64,000 bases of DNA from Burkholderiales bacterium (lineage in GTDB: Bacteria > Pseudomonadota > Gammaproteobacteria > Burkholderiales > Burkholderiaceae_C): NCBI GenBank assembly GCA_947377275.1, contig CANCFV010000006.1:1772-65771 (forward strand), given 5' to 3'. The position numbers were made by a program, and so were the translations under genes. Shown here one piece after another: positions 29,631-39,913 of this stretch (position 1 is its first letter; each line of letters begins with the position of its first letter). The notes beneath the pieces are model-generated. The model saw nothing but the letters and a program-made list of their open reading frames with translations, did not search any database and was not told the origin of the DNA.

Positions 29631-30940
29631 GTGTTCACGCACCTCGCAGGCCCTGCGCGGCACCTGAGCGCCGCGTGCGTGGCCGGGCATTGACCTTGGG
29701 TCTGGCTTTGGCGCTCTCCCAGGGGCTGCTGGCGCCCTGGTCCGCCATGGCCGCACAGGCGGCCCCTGCTGCAGCTGCCAAGGCCAGCCCAGCCCAAGCG
29801 GCCGCCCGTGTCGCGCCGGGTTTGTTCAGCGTGCCCGAGGGCGCCACGCCTCAGCCGCCCGAAATCGCCGCGCGTGCTTTTGTGCTGCAAGACCTGGGCA
29901 GTGGGCAGACCCTGGCCGCGCGCAATGCCGACGTGGCCATTGAGCCGGCGTCCATGACCAAGCTCATGACCGCTTACCTCGTGCTGCAGGCCTTGCGCGA
30001 TGGGCAGCTCAAGGCCGAGCAATTGATCAAGGTGTCTGACCGTGCGTGGCAGACCGGCCTGGCCGGTGGGTCACGCTCGTTTTTCGCAGCGGGTAGCCAA
30101 GCGTCGGTCGAGGACCTGCTCAAAGGCCTGGTCGTGCACAACGCCAACGATGCCGCGGTGGCCTTGGCCGAGGGGCTCGCGGGCAGCGTCGAGGCCTTCG
30201 TGGCCCGCATGAACCGGCAGGCCCAGGCCTGGGTGCTGCCGACCACGCAGTTCGTCAACCCAGAAGGGTTGGCCGCTCGGGGGCATCACAGCACGGCGCG
30301 CGAGCTGTCGGTCATCGCCACGCACCTGGTCAACGACTTCCCACAGGCCTTGCCCTTGTACGCCACCAAAGAACTCACACTCAACGGCGTCAAGCAACAC
30401 AGCCGCAACCTGCTGCTGTTCCGCGACCCGACGGTCGATGGCCTGCAAACCGGCTACACCGAAGCGGCCAATTACGGCCTGGTGGCCACCTCGCACCGCC
30501 CCGGGGCTGTGCCGTCTGGCCCTGAGCGCCGCTTGATCAGCGTGGTGCTGGGCGCGGCCTCACCCGAGACGCGGGCCAACGAAAGCCAGAAGCTGCTCAA
30601 CTGGGGCTACAGCGCCTTTGACTGGGTCACGCTGTTTGCCGCCAACCAGCCCGTGGCCGCCGCGCCCGTCTGGAAGGGCAGCCAGGCCAGCGTGAACGTG
30701 GGGCGTGTTCGCCCGATCTCGGTGGCCGTGCCCAAAGGCCAGGCCAGTCGCTTGCAAACCAGCCTCACGCGCAACGCTCCCCTGTTTGCGCCCCTTGTGC
30801 CGGGTCAAACCGTCGCCATCTTGCACGTCATGCTGGGCACGCAGCCCTGGCAAAGCCTGCCCCTGCAGACCCTGGAAGCGGTGCCCAGCGCCGGCTGGCT
30901 GGGGCGCACCTGGGACGCCATTCGTCTGGGCATCCAATGA
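29627..30940 (+). CDS. D-Ala-D-Ala carboxypeptidase (PBP5/DacA family) with degenerate SxN and KTG motifs
   Basis: EPASMTKLMTAY, NDAAVALAE, FVNPEGL, NLLL..DPTVDGL, PBP5 C-terminal domain. Confidence 0.85.
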   Translation: MSVHAPRRPCAAPERRVRGRALTLGLALALSQGLLAPWSAMAAQAAPAAAAKASPAQAAARVAPGLFSVPEGATPQPPEIAARAFVLQDLGSGQTLAARNADVAIEPASMTKLMTAYLVLQALRDGQLKAEQLIKVSDRAWQTGLAGGSRSFFAAGSQASVEDLLKGLVVHNANDAAVALAEGLAGSVEAFVARMNRQAQAWVLPTTQFVNPEGLAARGHHSTARELSVIATHLVNDFPQALPLYATKELTLNGVKQHSRNLLLFRDPTVDGLQTGYTEAANYGLVATSHRPGAVPSGPERRLISVVLGAASPETRANESQKLLNWGYSAFDWVTLFAANQPVAAAPVWKGSQASVNVGRVRPISVAVPKGQASRLQTSLTRNAPLFAPLVPGQTVAILHVMLGTQPWQSLPLQTLEAVPSAGWLGRTWDAIRLGIQ

Positions 30941-30950
30941 AAGACCACCC

Positions 30951-31253
30951 ATGACCTCACCCGACCACACCCCCGCCAATCCGGTGATCCCGCCCGAGCA
31001 GTCGCTCATTGAATACCCCAGCCGCTTCCCGATCAAGGTCATGGGCGTGCACCACGAAACCTTCATTGAGGCCGTGGTGCGCATCGCCCGCGAGCACGAC
31101 GAGACCTTCGATGAGGCCACCCTCGAGCACCGCCCCAGCAGCAGCGGCAAGTACCTGGGCCTGACCGTCACCGTCACGGCCACCAGCCGCGAGCAGCTCG
31201 ACAACATCTACCGCAGCCTCACGAGCCACCCCCTGGTCAAGTACGTGCTTTGA
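30951..31253 (+). CDS. ybeD: DUF493/YbeD family protein
   Basis: LIEYPSRFPIKVMG, SSSGKYLGLTVTV, EQLDNIYRSL. Confidence 0.88.
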   Translation: MTSPDHTPANPVIPPEQSLIEYPSRFPIKVMGVHHETFIEAVVRIAREHDETFDEATLEHRPSSSGKYLGLTVTVTATSREQLDNIYRSLTSHPLVKYVL

Positions 31254-31347
31254 CCCCTGGGTGCTGTCACGGCGCCCGCATACAATCGTTGGTCAGGCCG
31301 GCGCGCCCCTCCAGGCGCCTCGGCCCTTTGTTTGAAGGAACCCTCTC

Positions 31348-31671
31348 GTGTTTATTTCTGAAGCTTATGCACAAGCTGCGGCCCCTGCCGCTGGCGCCTC
31401 CGGTGGTCTGATGAGCATGCTGCCCTTGGTGCTCATGTTCGTGGTGCTGTATTTCGTGATGATCCGCCCACAGCAAAAGCGCCAAAAAGAAACCAAGGCC
31501 ATGCTCGATGCCCTGAGCAAGGGCGACGAAGTCGTGACCCAAGGCGGCGTGATCGGCAAGATCAACAAGCTGGGCGACACCTTTGCCCACGTCGAAGTGG
31601 CCAGCGGCGTTGAAATCCAAGTGCAGCGCGTGGCGATCGTCCAGGTCCTGCCCAAGGGCACCTACAAGTAA
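31348..31671 (+). CDS. yajC: preprotein translocase subunit YajC
   Basis: YFVMIRPQQKRQKE, KGDEVVTQGG. Confidence 0.95.
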   Translation: MFISEAYAQAAAPAAGASGGLMSMLPLVLMFVVLYFVMIRPQQKRQKETKAMLDALSKGDEVVTQGGVIGKINKLGDTFAHVEVASGVEIQVQRVAIVQVLPKGTYK

Positions 31672-31728
31672 AAGCAGACCGTGTCGGCAGGGCATGGGCC
31701 TTGCCGCGCCTGAGTTGTCGAGGACCTC

Positions 31729-33594
31729 ATGAACCGCTACCCCTGGTGGAAGTACCTGATCATCGCCCTGGCGCTGGTGATCGGCTTTGTCTATGCGCTG
31801 CCCAACGTGTTCGGCGAAGCGCCGGCCGTGCAGGTCTCCAGTGGCAAGGCCACGCTCAAGCTTGACGCTGGCGCGGTCAGCCGCGTGCAAACGGTGCTCG
31901 ACCAGGCTGGGCTGCAGCCGGACTTCGTGACCTTCGACAACGGCTCCATCAAGGCCCGTTTCAAGGACACGGATGCCCAGATCAAGGCCCGTGACCTGCT
32001 GGCCAAGACCTTCAACCCCGACGTGGCCGACCCGCACTACATCGTGGCGCTGAACCTGGTCTCGCGCTCGCCCACTTGGCTGCACGCACTGCACGCCAAC
32101 CCCATGTTCCTGGGCCTGGACTTGCGCGGTGGCGTGCACTTCCTGATGCAGGTGGACATGAAGGCCGCCTTGGTGCAAAAGCTCGACAGCATCAGCGGCG
32201 ACGTGCGCACCTTGCTGCGCGACAAAGACATCCGCCACAGCGGCATCCGCCGTGACGCTTCGGCCATCAGCGTGCGCTTCCGCGACGACGCCGGCCGCAA
32301 AGCCGCCCGTGCCTTGCTGGAAGACAAGCTGACCGACCTGGTCTGGGTGGACGCGGTCGATGCCGGTGGTTCGGGTGACCTCGTGCTCAACGGCAGCCTC
32401 AAGCCCACCAGCGAGCGCAGCATCCAAGAACAGGCGCTCAAGCAGAACATCACCACCTTGCACAACCGGATCAATGAGCTGGGCGTGTCTGAGCCCGTGA
32501 TCCAGCAGCAAGGCCTGGACCGTGTGGTTGTGCAGTTGCCTGGCGTGCAAGACACCGCCAAGGCCAAAGACATCATCGGCCGCACCGCCACCCTGGAAGT
32601 GCGCCTGGTGGACGACAGCACCGAAGCGCAGGCGGCCCTGACCGGCAGCGGTGCGGTGCCCTTTGGCACCGAGCGCTACCTGGAGCGCGGCGGCGTGCCC
32701 ATCATCGTCAAGCGCCAGGTGGTGTTGACCGGTGACAACCTCACCGACGCCCAGCCCGGCTTCGACGAAAACCACGAAGCGGCCGTGCACCTGACGCTCG
32801 ACGCCCGCGGCGCCCGCATCTTCAAAGACGTGACCCGCGAAAACATCAACAAGCGCATGGCCATCATCTTGTTCGAAAAGGGCAAAGGCGAGGTCGTGAC
32901 CGCGCCGGTCATCCGTGGCGAAATTGGCGGTGGCCGCGTGCAGATCTCGGGCCGCATGAGCACCGAAGAGGCCGCTGACACGGCCCTGCTGCTGCGCGCG
33001 GGTTCGCTGGCCGCGCCCATGGAAATCATCGAAGAGCGCACCGTGGGCCCCAGCCTGGGCGCCGAGAACATCGCCCAGGGCTTCAACAGCCTGATCTACG
33101 GCTTTGCCGCGATCGCTGTGTTCATGATGGCCTACTACCTGCTGTTCGGTGTGTTTTCGACCATCGCGCTGTCGGTCAACCTGCTGCTGCTGATCGCGGT
33201 GCTGTCGATGCTGCAAGCCACCTTGACGCTGCCTGGCATTGCCGCCATCGCGCTGACGCTGGGCATGGCCATTGACTCGAACGTGCTGATCAACGAGCGC
33301 GTGCGTGAAGAGCTGCGCAACGGCTCGGCGCCCCAAACGGCGATTGCCGTGGGCTACGACCAAGCTTGGGCCACCATCCTGGACTCGAACGTCACCACCC
33401 TGATCGCCGGCATGTCCTTGCTGGCCTTCGGCTCGGGCCCCGTCAAGGGCTTCGCCGTGGTGCACTGCCTGGGCATCCTCACCTCGATGTTCTCGGCCGT
33501 GTTCTTCTCGCGTGGCCTGGTCAACCTCTGGTACGGCAGCAAGAAAAAGCTCAAGAGCGTGTCCATCGGACAGGTTTGGAAGCCACAAGAATAA
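31729..33594 (+). CDS. secD: protein translocase subunit SecD
   Basis: LGLDLRGGVHF, RINELGVSEP, LRAGSLAAP, GPSLG, DSNVLINER. Confidence 0.97.
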   Translation: MNRYPWWKYLIIALALVIGFVYALPNVFGEAPAVQVSSGKATLKLDAGAVSRVQTVLDQAGLQPDFVTFDNGSIKARFKDTDAQIKARDLLAKTFNPDVADPHYIVALNLVSRSPTWLHALHANPMFLGLDLRGGVHFLMQVDMKAALVQKLDSISGDVRTLLRDKDIRHSGIRRDASAISVRFRDDAGRKAARALLEDKLTDLVWVDAVDAGGSGDLVLNGSLKPTSERSIQEQALKQNITTLHNRINELGVSEPVIQQQGLDRVVVQLPGVQDTAKAKDIIGRTATLEVRLVDDSTEAQAALTGSGAVPFGTERYLERGGVPIIVKRQVVLTGDNLTDAQPGFDENHEAAVHLTLDARGARIFKDVTRENINKRMAIILFEKGKGEVVTAPVIRGEIGGGRVQISGRMSTEEAADTALLLRAGSLAAPMEIIEERTVGPSLGAENIAQGFNSLIYGFAAIAVFMMAYYLLFGVFSTIALSVNLLLLIAVLSMLQATLTLPGIAAIALTLGMAIDSNVLINERVREELRNGSAPQTAIAVGYDQAWATILDSNVTTLIAGMSLLAFGSGPVKGFAVVHCLGILTSMFSAVFFSRGLVNLWYGSKKKLKSVSIGQVWKPQE

Positions 33595-33618
33595 GCGCAA
33601 CACGCGGAGCAACACACC

Positions 33619-34638
33619 ATGGAATTTTTCCGCATCAGGCGCGACATCCCCTTCATGCGCCACGCGTTGGTTTTCAACGCGATCTCTTTCCTGACCTTCG
33701 CTTTGGCGGTGTTTTTCATCTTCCATCGCGGCTTGCACCTGTCCATCGAGTTCACGGGTGGTTCGGTCATCGAAGTGCAGTACGCGCAACCGGCCGACAT
33801 CGGCAAGGTGCGCTCGGCGGTCGAGTCTTTGAACTACGGCGAAGTGCAGGTGCAGAACTTCGGCACCTCGCGCGATGTGCTGATCCGCTTGCCGCTGCGC
33901 GCCGGCCTGAAGCAGACCGAACTGGTCTCGCAGGTGGTGGGGGCCTTGTGCAAAGCCGAAGGTGGGCAATTGACCACGCAAGCGGCCGAGAAGGGCGCAG
34001 CCCAGGTCTGCCAGGACGCCAAGCAGACCCAGCCTGTGACCTTGCAGCGCAGCGAGTTCGTCGGCCCTCAGGTGGGTGACGAGTTGGCCCACGACGGCGC
34101 CCTGGCGCTGGGCGTGACCGTGCTGGGCATCATGATTTACCTGGCCATCCGCTTCGAGTGGAAGTTTGCCGTGGCCGGCATCATCGCCAACCTGCACGAC
34201 GTGGTCATCATCCTGGGCTTTTTTGCCTTCTTCCAGTGGGAGTTCTCGCTCTCGGTGCTGGCGGCGGTGTTGGCGGTGCTGGGTTACTCGGTCAACGAGT
34301 CAGTGGTGATTTTCGACCGCGTGCGTGAGACCTTCCGCAAGTTCCGCAAGCTCGACACCCATCAGGTCATTGACCATGCCATCACCAGCACGATCAGCCG
34401 CACGGTGATCACGCACGGCTCCACCCAGATGATGGTGCTGGGCATGCTGTTGTTCGGTGGCCCCACGCTGCACTACTTTGCCCTGGCGCTGACCATCGGC
34501 ATTTTGTTCGGCATTTACTCGTCGGTGTTCGTGGCCGCAGCCATTGCGATGTGGTTGGGCGTCAAGCGCGAAGACCTCGTGAAAGCGGGCAAAAAAGACG
34601 TCGATCCGAGCGATCCGCACTCGGGTGCGGTGGTGTAG
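33619..34638 (+). CDS. secF: protein translocase subunit SecF
   Basis: IEFTGG, VGPQVGDEL, LGYSVNESVVIFDRVRE. Confidence 0.97.
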   Translation: MEFFRIRRDIPFMRHALVFNAISFLTFALAVFFIFHRGLHLSIEFTGGSVIEVQYAQPADIGKVRSAVESLNYGEVQVQNFGTSRDVLIRLPLRAGLKQTELVSQVVGALCKAEGGQLTTQAAEKGAAQVCQDAKQTQPVTLQRSEFVGPQVGDELAHDGALALGVTVLGIMIYLAIRFEWKFAVAGIIANLHDVVIILGFFAFFQWEFSLSVLAAVLAVLGYSVNESVVIFDRVRETFRKFRKLDTHQVIDHAITSTISRTVITHGSTQMMVLGMLLFGGPTLHYFALALTIGILFGIYSSVFVAAAIAMWLGVKREDLVKAGKKDVDPSDPHSGAVV

Positions 34639-34708
34639 AGTCAAAGGCAAGCGAACCTTTGGCGGGCTCAGGTGGCAAGACCGCATTGCCCTGTGAGCCA
34701 CACCTTCC

Positions 34709-37030
34709 ATGATTTCTGGTCCCCTCCGTGCGCTGGCCCTCACGGCCCGCGTGAGCTACCTTGACTCCCTCCTCAAAGGGAGTGAGGCCATGGTGCAGGC
34801 CTGCCTTGACGGCGCCCGCCTGCTGGCCAGCCAGACCGCAGAACCCGACCTGAATCTGCGCCGTCGAGACCTGGTGCTCGACCTGCCCGCGGGCTTGCCC
34901 GCTTGGCTGTCTGGTCTGGACGCGCGTCTGCAACAGGCGCTGCGTGATTTGCGCCTGGGTCGACCCGTTGCCCTGAAGGCCCCTTCGGATGCACCGGCCG
35001 CCGACACGCCCCTCAGCCTGGTCGACGACGCCGATGTGGAAAGAGACCTCTCCGCTTCACGCCTGTCGCAGGCGATCTCCGACCTGACCGGTTCGGAGTT
35101 CACCGACCTCAACGCCCGTCTGCAGGCCGTTCAAGCGGCCGTCGACACCCGCGCGTCGCAGCTCGATGTTTTGCACCCGCACTGCCTGGCGCGCTGGGTG
35201 ATCGACAGTTGGGTGCAGGCGCCGTTGAGCGCGGGCCATTGGCTGACCCTGCAGACGGTGCTGCAACACGAGGTGTCTCAGTGGGTGCACGAGTCTTTGC
35301 ACCACGCCAACCGCGTCTTGCTGGACCATGGCGTTCGCCCCGAAATCGACCTGCGCCCGTTCATCCGTCGTGCGGTGTCGGGCGTGGGTGCCGCAGCGGC
35401 AGGGGCGAGCGCCGTCCGGGCTGCCCCGACCGGGCTGGGCAACAGTGGTTTGCAACCGATGGGGCGCTCGTTCGATGAAACCCATTTGCTGACGCAAACC
35501 GAGGGCCTGCAGCGCGGTGGCCTCGTGCAGTCGCAGGCGGTGCTGGGCAAGCTCAACCAACTGGTGGCGCGCCAGGTGCCTCACTTTGATCCGACGGCGG
35601 TCTTGCCTTTGCCTGGGGTGGTTGCGTCCCAGGTGAGTGTGGGCTTGGGGCACGCCATGGCCTCGTTGACGCAGGCCGCGCGGGTGGGCGGGGCGCTGGG
35701 CAGCATGGACATCGCACCGGGCGGCGAGGCGATCTCTCCTGCGCTGGCGCTGCATGCGCTGCAAGAGCGCAAGCAGGTCCTCAAGCAGGCGGCAGGCTCG
35801 CCGGTCGAGCGCGCCACCATCGAGATCGTGGCCTTGCTGTTCCAGGCCATCTTGACGGAAGAGCGCTTGCCCGCCGTCATCCGGGTGTGGTTCGCGCGTC
35901 TGCAGATGCCGGTGTTGCGTGTGGCTGTGAGCGAGCCCGACTTCTTTGCCTCGACCACGCACCCGGCCCGCGCCCTGATCGACCGCATGGGCGCTTGCGT
36001 CATGGGGTTTGTCGCCACGGCCAAGGAAGACGACGATGCCTTGCACCGTGAGATCAAGCGGGTGGTGCAGGTGGTGGAGGCTTATCCGGACACGGGGCGG
36101 CGCGTTTTCCAGACGGTGCTCAATGAGTTTGAAGCCTTCCTGGTGTCTTACTTCCGCGAAGAAAACGAGGCCAGCCGGCAAGGCGTTTCGCTGGCCCAGC
36201 AGGTTGAGCAGCGCGAGACTTGGGCCATCCAGTACACGATCGAGCTGCGCAAGATGCTCGACGGTGTCCCCGTGCAGGAGGGGGTGCGCGAGTTCCTCTT
36301 CCACGTGTGGGCAGACGTGTTGGCGCACAGCGCCGTGCAGACCAGCCAGGGCAGCGAAGAAACACGATCGCTCAAGCGGGCGGCCGCCGACCTGATCTGG
36401 TCGGCCAGCGCCAAGGTGTCGCGCGAAGAGCGTGCCGATGTGCTGCGCCGTTTGCCACCGCTGCTCAAGCTGGTGCGCGAAGGCATGGCCCGTACAGGCA
36501 TTCCGACGGGGAGGCAAGACGAGCACATCCAGTCGCTCAACACGGCGCTGGCCGCGGCGTTTTCGGCGCGCGCTGCCAGCCTGTCGTCTGCGCATTTGCA
36601 GGCGGTCACCGAGCGCCTGGCCACGCTCGATGAGGTCTTGCCCGACATCGGTGAGATCGAGCTCGATGAGCAAACGCTGCGCGACATCTCGGGGCACGAG
36701 AGCGACAACCTGGAGGTGGTTGCCGAAGGCGGCTCCATGCCGACACCGGCCATGCTGTCCTGGGCGCGCGAGCTCAAGGTGGGCACCTGGTTCAAGCTCG
36801 ATTACCGCGGCCGGCAGGAGCCTGTGCAATTGGCCTGGCTGGGGCTGCAGCGGCAGTTGATCCTGTTTGTGTCGCCCCAAGGCCGCGGGGTGCTGTTCCA
36901 GTTGCACCGGCTGGCCGCCTTCCTTCAAGCGGGGCTGTTGCTGCCCGCCGAAGAAGAGTCACTCACCACCCGGGCCACCCGCGAGGCTTTGGCCAAGCTG
37001 GATGCCGATCCCGTGCGCCTGCTGAGTTGA
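34709..37030 (+). CDS. DUF1631 family protein
   Basis: IEIVALLFQAIL, LQMPVLRVAV..PDFF..HPARALIDR, C-terminal LKVGTWF..LAW..LFV; largely helical. Confidence 0.8.
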   Translation: MISGPLRALALTARVSYLDSLLKGSEAMVQACLDGARLLASQTAEPDLNLRRRDLVLDLPAGLPAWLSGLDARLQQALRDLRLGRPVALKAPSDAPAADTPLSLVDDADVERDLSASRLSQAISDLTGSEFTDLNARLQAVQAAVDTRASQLDVLHPHCLARWVIDSWVQAPLSAGHWLTLQTVLQHEVSQWVHESLHHANRVLLDHGVRPEIDLRPFIRRAVSGVGAAAAGASAVRAAPTGLGNSGLQPMGRSFDETHLLTQTEGLQRGGLVQSQAVLGKLNQLVARQVPHFDPTAVLPLPGVVASQVSVGLGHAMASLTQAARVGGALGSMDIAPGGEAISPALALHALQERKQVLKQAAGSPVERATIEIVALLFQAILTEERLPAVIRVWFARLQMPVLRVAVSEPDFFASTTHPARALIDRMGACVMGFVATAKEDDDALHREIKRVVQVVEAYPDTGRRVFQTVLNEFEAFLVSYFREENEASRQGVSLAQQVEQRETWAIQYTIELRKMLDGVPVQEGVREFLFHVWADVLAHSAVQTSQGSEETRSLKRAAADLIWSASAKVSREERADVLRRLPPLLKLVREGMARTGIPTGRQDEHIQSLNTALAAAFSARAASLSSAHLQAVTERLATLDEVLPDIGEIELDEQTLRDISGHESDNLEVVAEGGSMPTPAMLSWARELKVGTWFKLDYRGRQEPVQLAWLGLQRQLILFVSPQGRGVLFQLHRLAAFLQAGLLLPAEEESLTTRATREALAKLDADPVRLLS

Positions 37031-37152
37031 CTTGGGTGTTCCGTCTGTCCGCAATTCTGATTTGAGAATTGCAGCACGAACGGGCGCTTATTTCTTCTGT
37101 CCTGTGAAATCGCATCTGTCAGCATTGACTCTGTTAAGCAATGGAGTCGTGC

Positions 37153-38766
37153 ATGTTTTTCAGACGCCAGTCCAACGACGGTGCGCAGTGGGTGGCAGTT
37201 GCCCACGAAGGTCGGGAGGTCACGGCCATTGCCGTGTCTTTGACCGGATCTGCGCCATCGCGTGTTGACTGGCTCTGGCATGCCCCCGCAGATTCCCTGA
37301 CCGACGGCCTTCGCCTGCTGTCCAGGACACCGAAGTGGTCTGGACAGAACCTGCTCGATGTGATGCCTCGGGCAAGCTACAAAATTGTGGCGACCGAGGC
37401 GCCGGATGTGCCTCGCGAGGAGTGGCGCGATGCCCTGCGCTGGTCCTTGCGTGATCATGCCAATTTCCCGATCGACGACGCACTGATCGATGTGTTGTCG
37501 GTGCCGCAAGACACATCGGCTCGTCAGACCCGCCCTGTTTTTGCGATTGCCTTGGCGCGCTCGGCCTACAGCGAAGCCGAGCTCGTTTGTGACGACTTGG
37601 GCCGTCAATGGTCGGCGCTGGATGTCGTCGAAACGGGGCTGCGCAACATCAGTGCCTTGGCCGAGCACGATGGACTGGCACATGCGCTCATGGCTTTTGG
37701 AGCCGACCATGGCGTGCTGGTGGTCACGTTCAAGGGTGAGCTGATCATGTCTCGCCAGATTGACGTGCCACTGGCTTCGTTGACGGGCGATGCAACGGTA
37801 CGCGACGCCGCGCTCAACCGTGTGGCACTCGAGGTGGTGCGAACGATTGACACGTTTGAGCGCATGCACAGCCAGCTCTCGCTCTCTGAGTTGTCGGTGC
37901 TGGCACCCAGTCACTTGGGCGACGAGATCATCGCCTTGCTGTCGGAGCAGGTCTACATCCCCGTCAAGGCCTGTGACTTGGGGGCTTGGTTCGATGTTGC
38001 CGCGCTGGGCGAGGATGGCCCGATTTTGGCCCGCCACGCGACGCTCAATGAGGCAGCGGCCTTGGGTGCCTGCTTGCGAGCCCATCCTGCGCTGGCCGAC
38101 CGGCAACACCTGGATTTGCTCGACAAAAACAGTGTGCTCACCCGCGACCCTGCCTGGAGTGCGCGCTTGGGCGTCAAGTTGGCTGCCGGGGTGGCGTCTG
38201 CCTGTGCCGTGGCAGGCCTGAGTCTGTCGCTGTTCTTGGTTCGCAGCCAGGCGCAGGCCACGGCCATCGAACAGGCGTTGCCTGCGCTGCAGCAAAGCAT
38301 GTCCATCCAGCAGGAGCCGGCGGTGGTCAAAGAGCTGAGTGAGCTGCAGGTGCGGCAACGCGTCCAGCGAGACACTCGCGCGGTCCTCGAGGCCAACATG
38401 TCGGTTGGGGCGACGGCTGGGTACTCCAGCTTTTTCCGCGCTTTGGGGCGCCAAACGCAGTCTTCTTTGTGGATCACGGGCGCGACTGTGCTGGGTGATG
38501 GGCAAGACATCGAGCTCCGTGGGCGCATGCTCACCGCGGCGGTGTTGCCGGCCTATCTCCGCAGCTTGCAAAACGAGCCACTGTTCTCGGGGCATCGCTT
38601 TGCGCAGCTGGAAATCAAGGCAGTGCAGTCGAGCGACGCTGGTGACTCTGGTTTGACCGAGTTCACATTGCGCACGAGCCCGGCCAGCACCACGCAAGCC
38701 AGCGCTGCACCCCATGCAAGCCGCGCTGAGGCGGCCAGCAAACCCACCCCTGAGGGCAAGCCATGA
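37153..38766 (+). CDS. mshI: MSHA biogenesis protein MshI (PilM-like plus PilN-like)
   Basis: EAPDVPREEWRDALRWSL, LEVVRTIDTFER, LWITG, LRGR..VLPAYLRSL..F..L. Confidence 0.75.
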   Translation: MFFRRQSNDGAQWVAVAHEGREVTAIAVSLTGSAPSRVDWLWHAPADSLTDGLRLLSRTPKWSGQNLLDVMPRASYKIVATEAPDVPREEWRDALRWSLRDHANFPIDDALIDVLSVPQDTSARQTRPVFAIALARSAYSEAELVCDDLGRQWSALDVVETGLRNISALAEHDGLAHALMAFGADHGVLVVTFKGELIMSRQIDVPLASLTGDATVRDAALNRVALEVVRTIDTFERMHSQLSLSELSVLAPSHLGDEIIALLSEQVYIPVKACDLGAWFDVAALGEDGPILARHATLNEAAALGACLRAHPALADRQHLDLLDKNSVLTRDPAWSARLGVKLAAGVASACAVAGLSLSLFLVRSQAQATAIEQALPALQQSMSIQQEPAVVKELSELQVRQRVQRDTRAVLEANMSVGATAGYSSFFRALGRQTQSSLWITGATVLGDGQDIELRGRMLTAAVLPAYLRSLQNEPLFSGHRFAQLEIKAVQSSDAGDSGLTEFTLRTSPASTTQASAAPHASRAEAASKPTPEGKP

Positions 38767-39458
38767 GCAAGCCCACACTGGTCAATGTGTCGACCAAGGC
38801 GAGAGAGAAGTGGCGCTCGGGCAGGCGCGCGTTCGATGCGCGCGCGCTCAGTGAGCGCCGGCTTTTGACGATGGCCTTGCTGGCCTTGATCGTGTTCTTG
38901 TCTGATGCTTTGTGGTTGACGCCGACGTTCGAGCGACTCAAGGCGATCCAAAAGCGGCAATCCGTCGCCATCCAAACGCGCGATGCCTTGCAGGCTGATG
39001 CCACACGCCGATTGGGAGACCGTGAGCGCCGTCAAACGGAAGCCCGCTTGGAGATCAAGCGCCTGCAAGACATGTTTGATCAGGACCGAGAGGTGCTTGA
39101 GCAGCAGCAGCAGTTGCTGGCGCCGGCCCGTGAAATGCGAGGCTTGCTTGAGGGTTTGCTGGAAGAAAACGCGCGGCTGAAGATCAAAGGCATTCGCACG
39201 CTTGCACCGCAGGAGGTCAAGGTCCCGTCCACCGTCGAGCTGGGTCTTGCGCCCGTGCTGTACCGGCACACGATGGAGATCATCCTTCAGGGAAGCTACA
39301 ACGAAATGGTGCGTTGGCTTCATCGCGTTGAGACGCAGCCCAGTCGCGTCCTTTGGGACCAAGCTCAACTCACCGCTGACGACCCATCGGGACTGACCTT
39401 GGCTCTGACCGTGCACACCTTCAGCCCCGACAAAGATGCACTGGAGATCGCGCCATGA
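38763..39458 (+). CDS. mshJ: MSHA biogenesis protein MshJ (GspM/PilO-like)
   Basis: Single TM helix, coiled coil, LYRH..I.LQGSY..WL..VE...VLW. Confidence 0.78.
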   Translation: MSKPTLVNVSTKAREKWRSGRRAFDARALSERRLLTMALLALIVFLSDALWLTPTFERLKAIQKRQSVAIQTRDALQADATRRLGDRERRQTEARLEIKRLQDMFDQDREVLEQQQQLLAPAREMRGLLEGLLEENARLKIKGIRTLAPQEVKVPSTVELGLAPVLYRHTMEIILQGSYNEMVRWLHRVETQPSRVLWDQAQLTADDPSGLTLALTVHTFSPDKDALEIAP

Positions 39459-39913
39459 GCTGGTCTCGAACCTGGATGCTGGCGGCGCTGGTCTGCTTGA
39501 CGCAAGGCGTGGGCGCTGCCGAACCGGCTGACGTGCCTGACCCGACGCGCCCGGCTGCAGGCTTTGCAAAGGCGACATCGCAGGGCAACGGTGCGAAGGG
39601 CTCAGCGGCATTGCCAGAGCCTGCAAGCAACGCGGCCAGCGCGGCGGCGAAAGCAGGGCCATTGCTCTTGGCGATCCGCTTTGACTCGGCGACAGGACAA
39701 GCCGTGGCCCTGATCGACGATGCCTTGGTTTCGGTGGGCGATGCCGTGGGGGGCGCCACCGTGGTGGCCATCACCCGCCACGAGGTCACGCTCAAAGGCC
39801 CAGGTGGCCTTCGCAAGATGCAGCTTGACGATGGCCTGATCCAGGCTCCGGCAGACCACGGTGGCACACCCAAACCGGCGAGCAAAAAGAAGCGCCAAAA
39901 GGAAACAACATGA
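39455..39913 (+). CDS. mshK: MSHA biogenesis protein MshK
   Basis: Signal peptide, DPTRP motif, ALIDDALVSVGDAVGGATVVAI. Confidence 0.75.
   Translation: MSWSRTWMLAALVCLTQGVGAAEPADVPDPTRPAAGFAKATSQGNGAKGSAALPEPASNAASAAAKAGPLLLAIRFDSATGQAVALIDDALVSVGDAVGGATVVAITRHEVTLKGPGGLRKMQLDDGLIQAPADHGGTPKPASKKKRQKETT

Noticed and set aside
31267-34197. 976-aa ORF on the minus strand, and similar long antisense ORFs (40609-42969, 54853-56955, 2552-4615, 35057-36928)
   Set aside because: Shadow ORFs opposite well-supported genes; expected from high-GC codon bias and without recognisable motifs
34674-34690. TGGCA...TTGC upstream of DUF1631 as a sigma-54 promoter
   Set aside because: GG-to-GC spacing is 12 nt rather than the required 10
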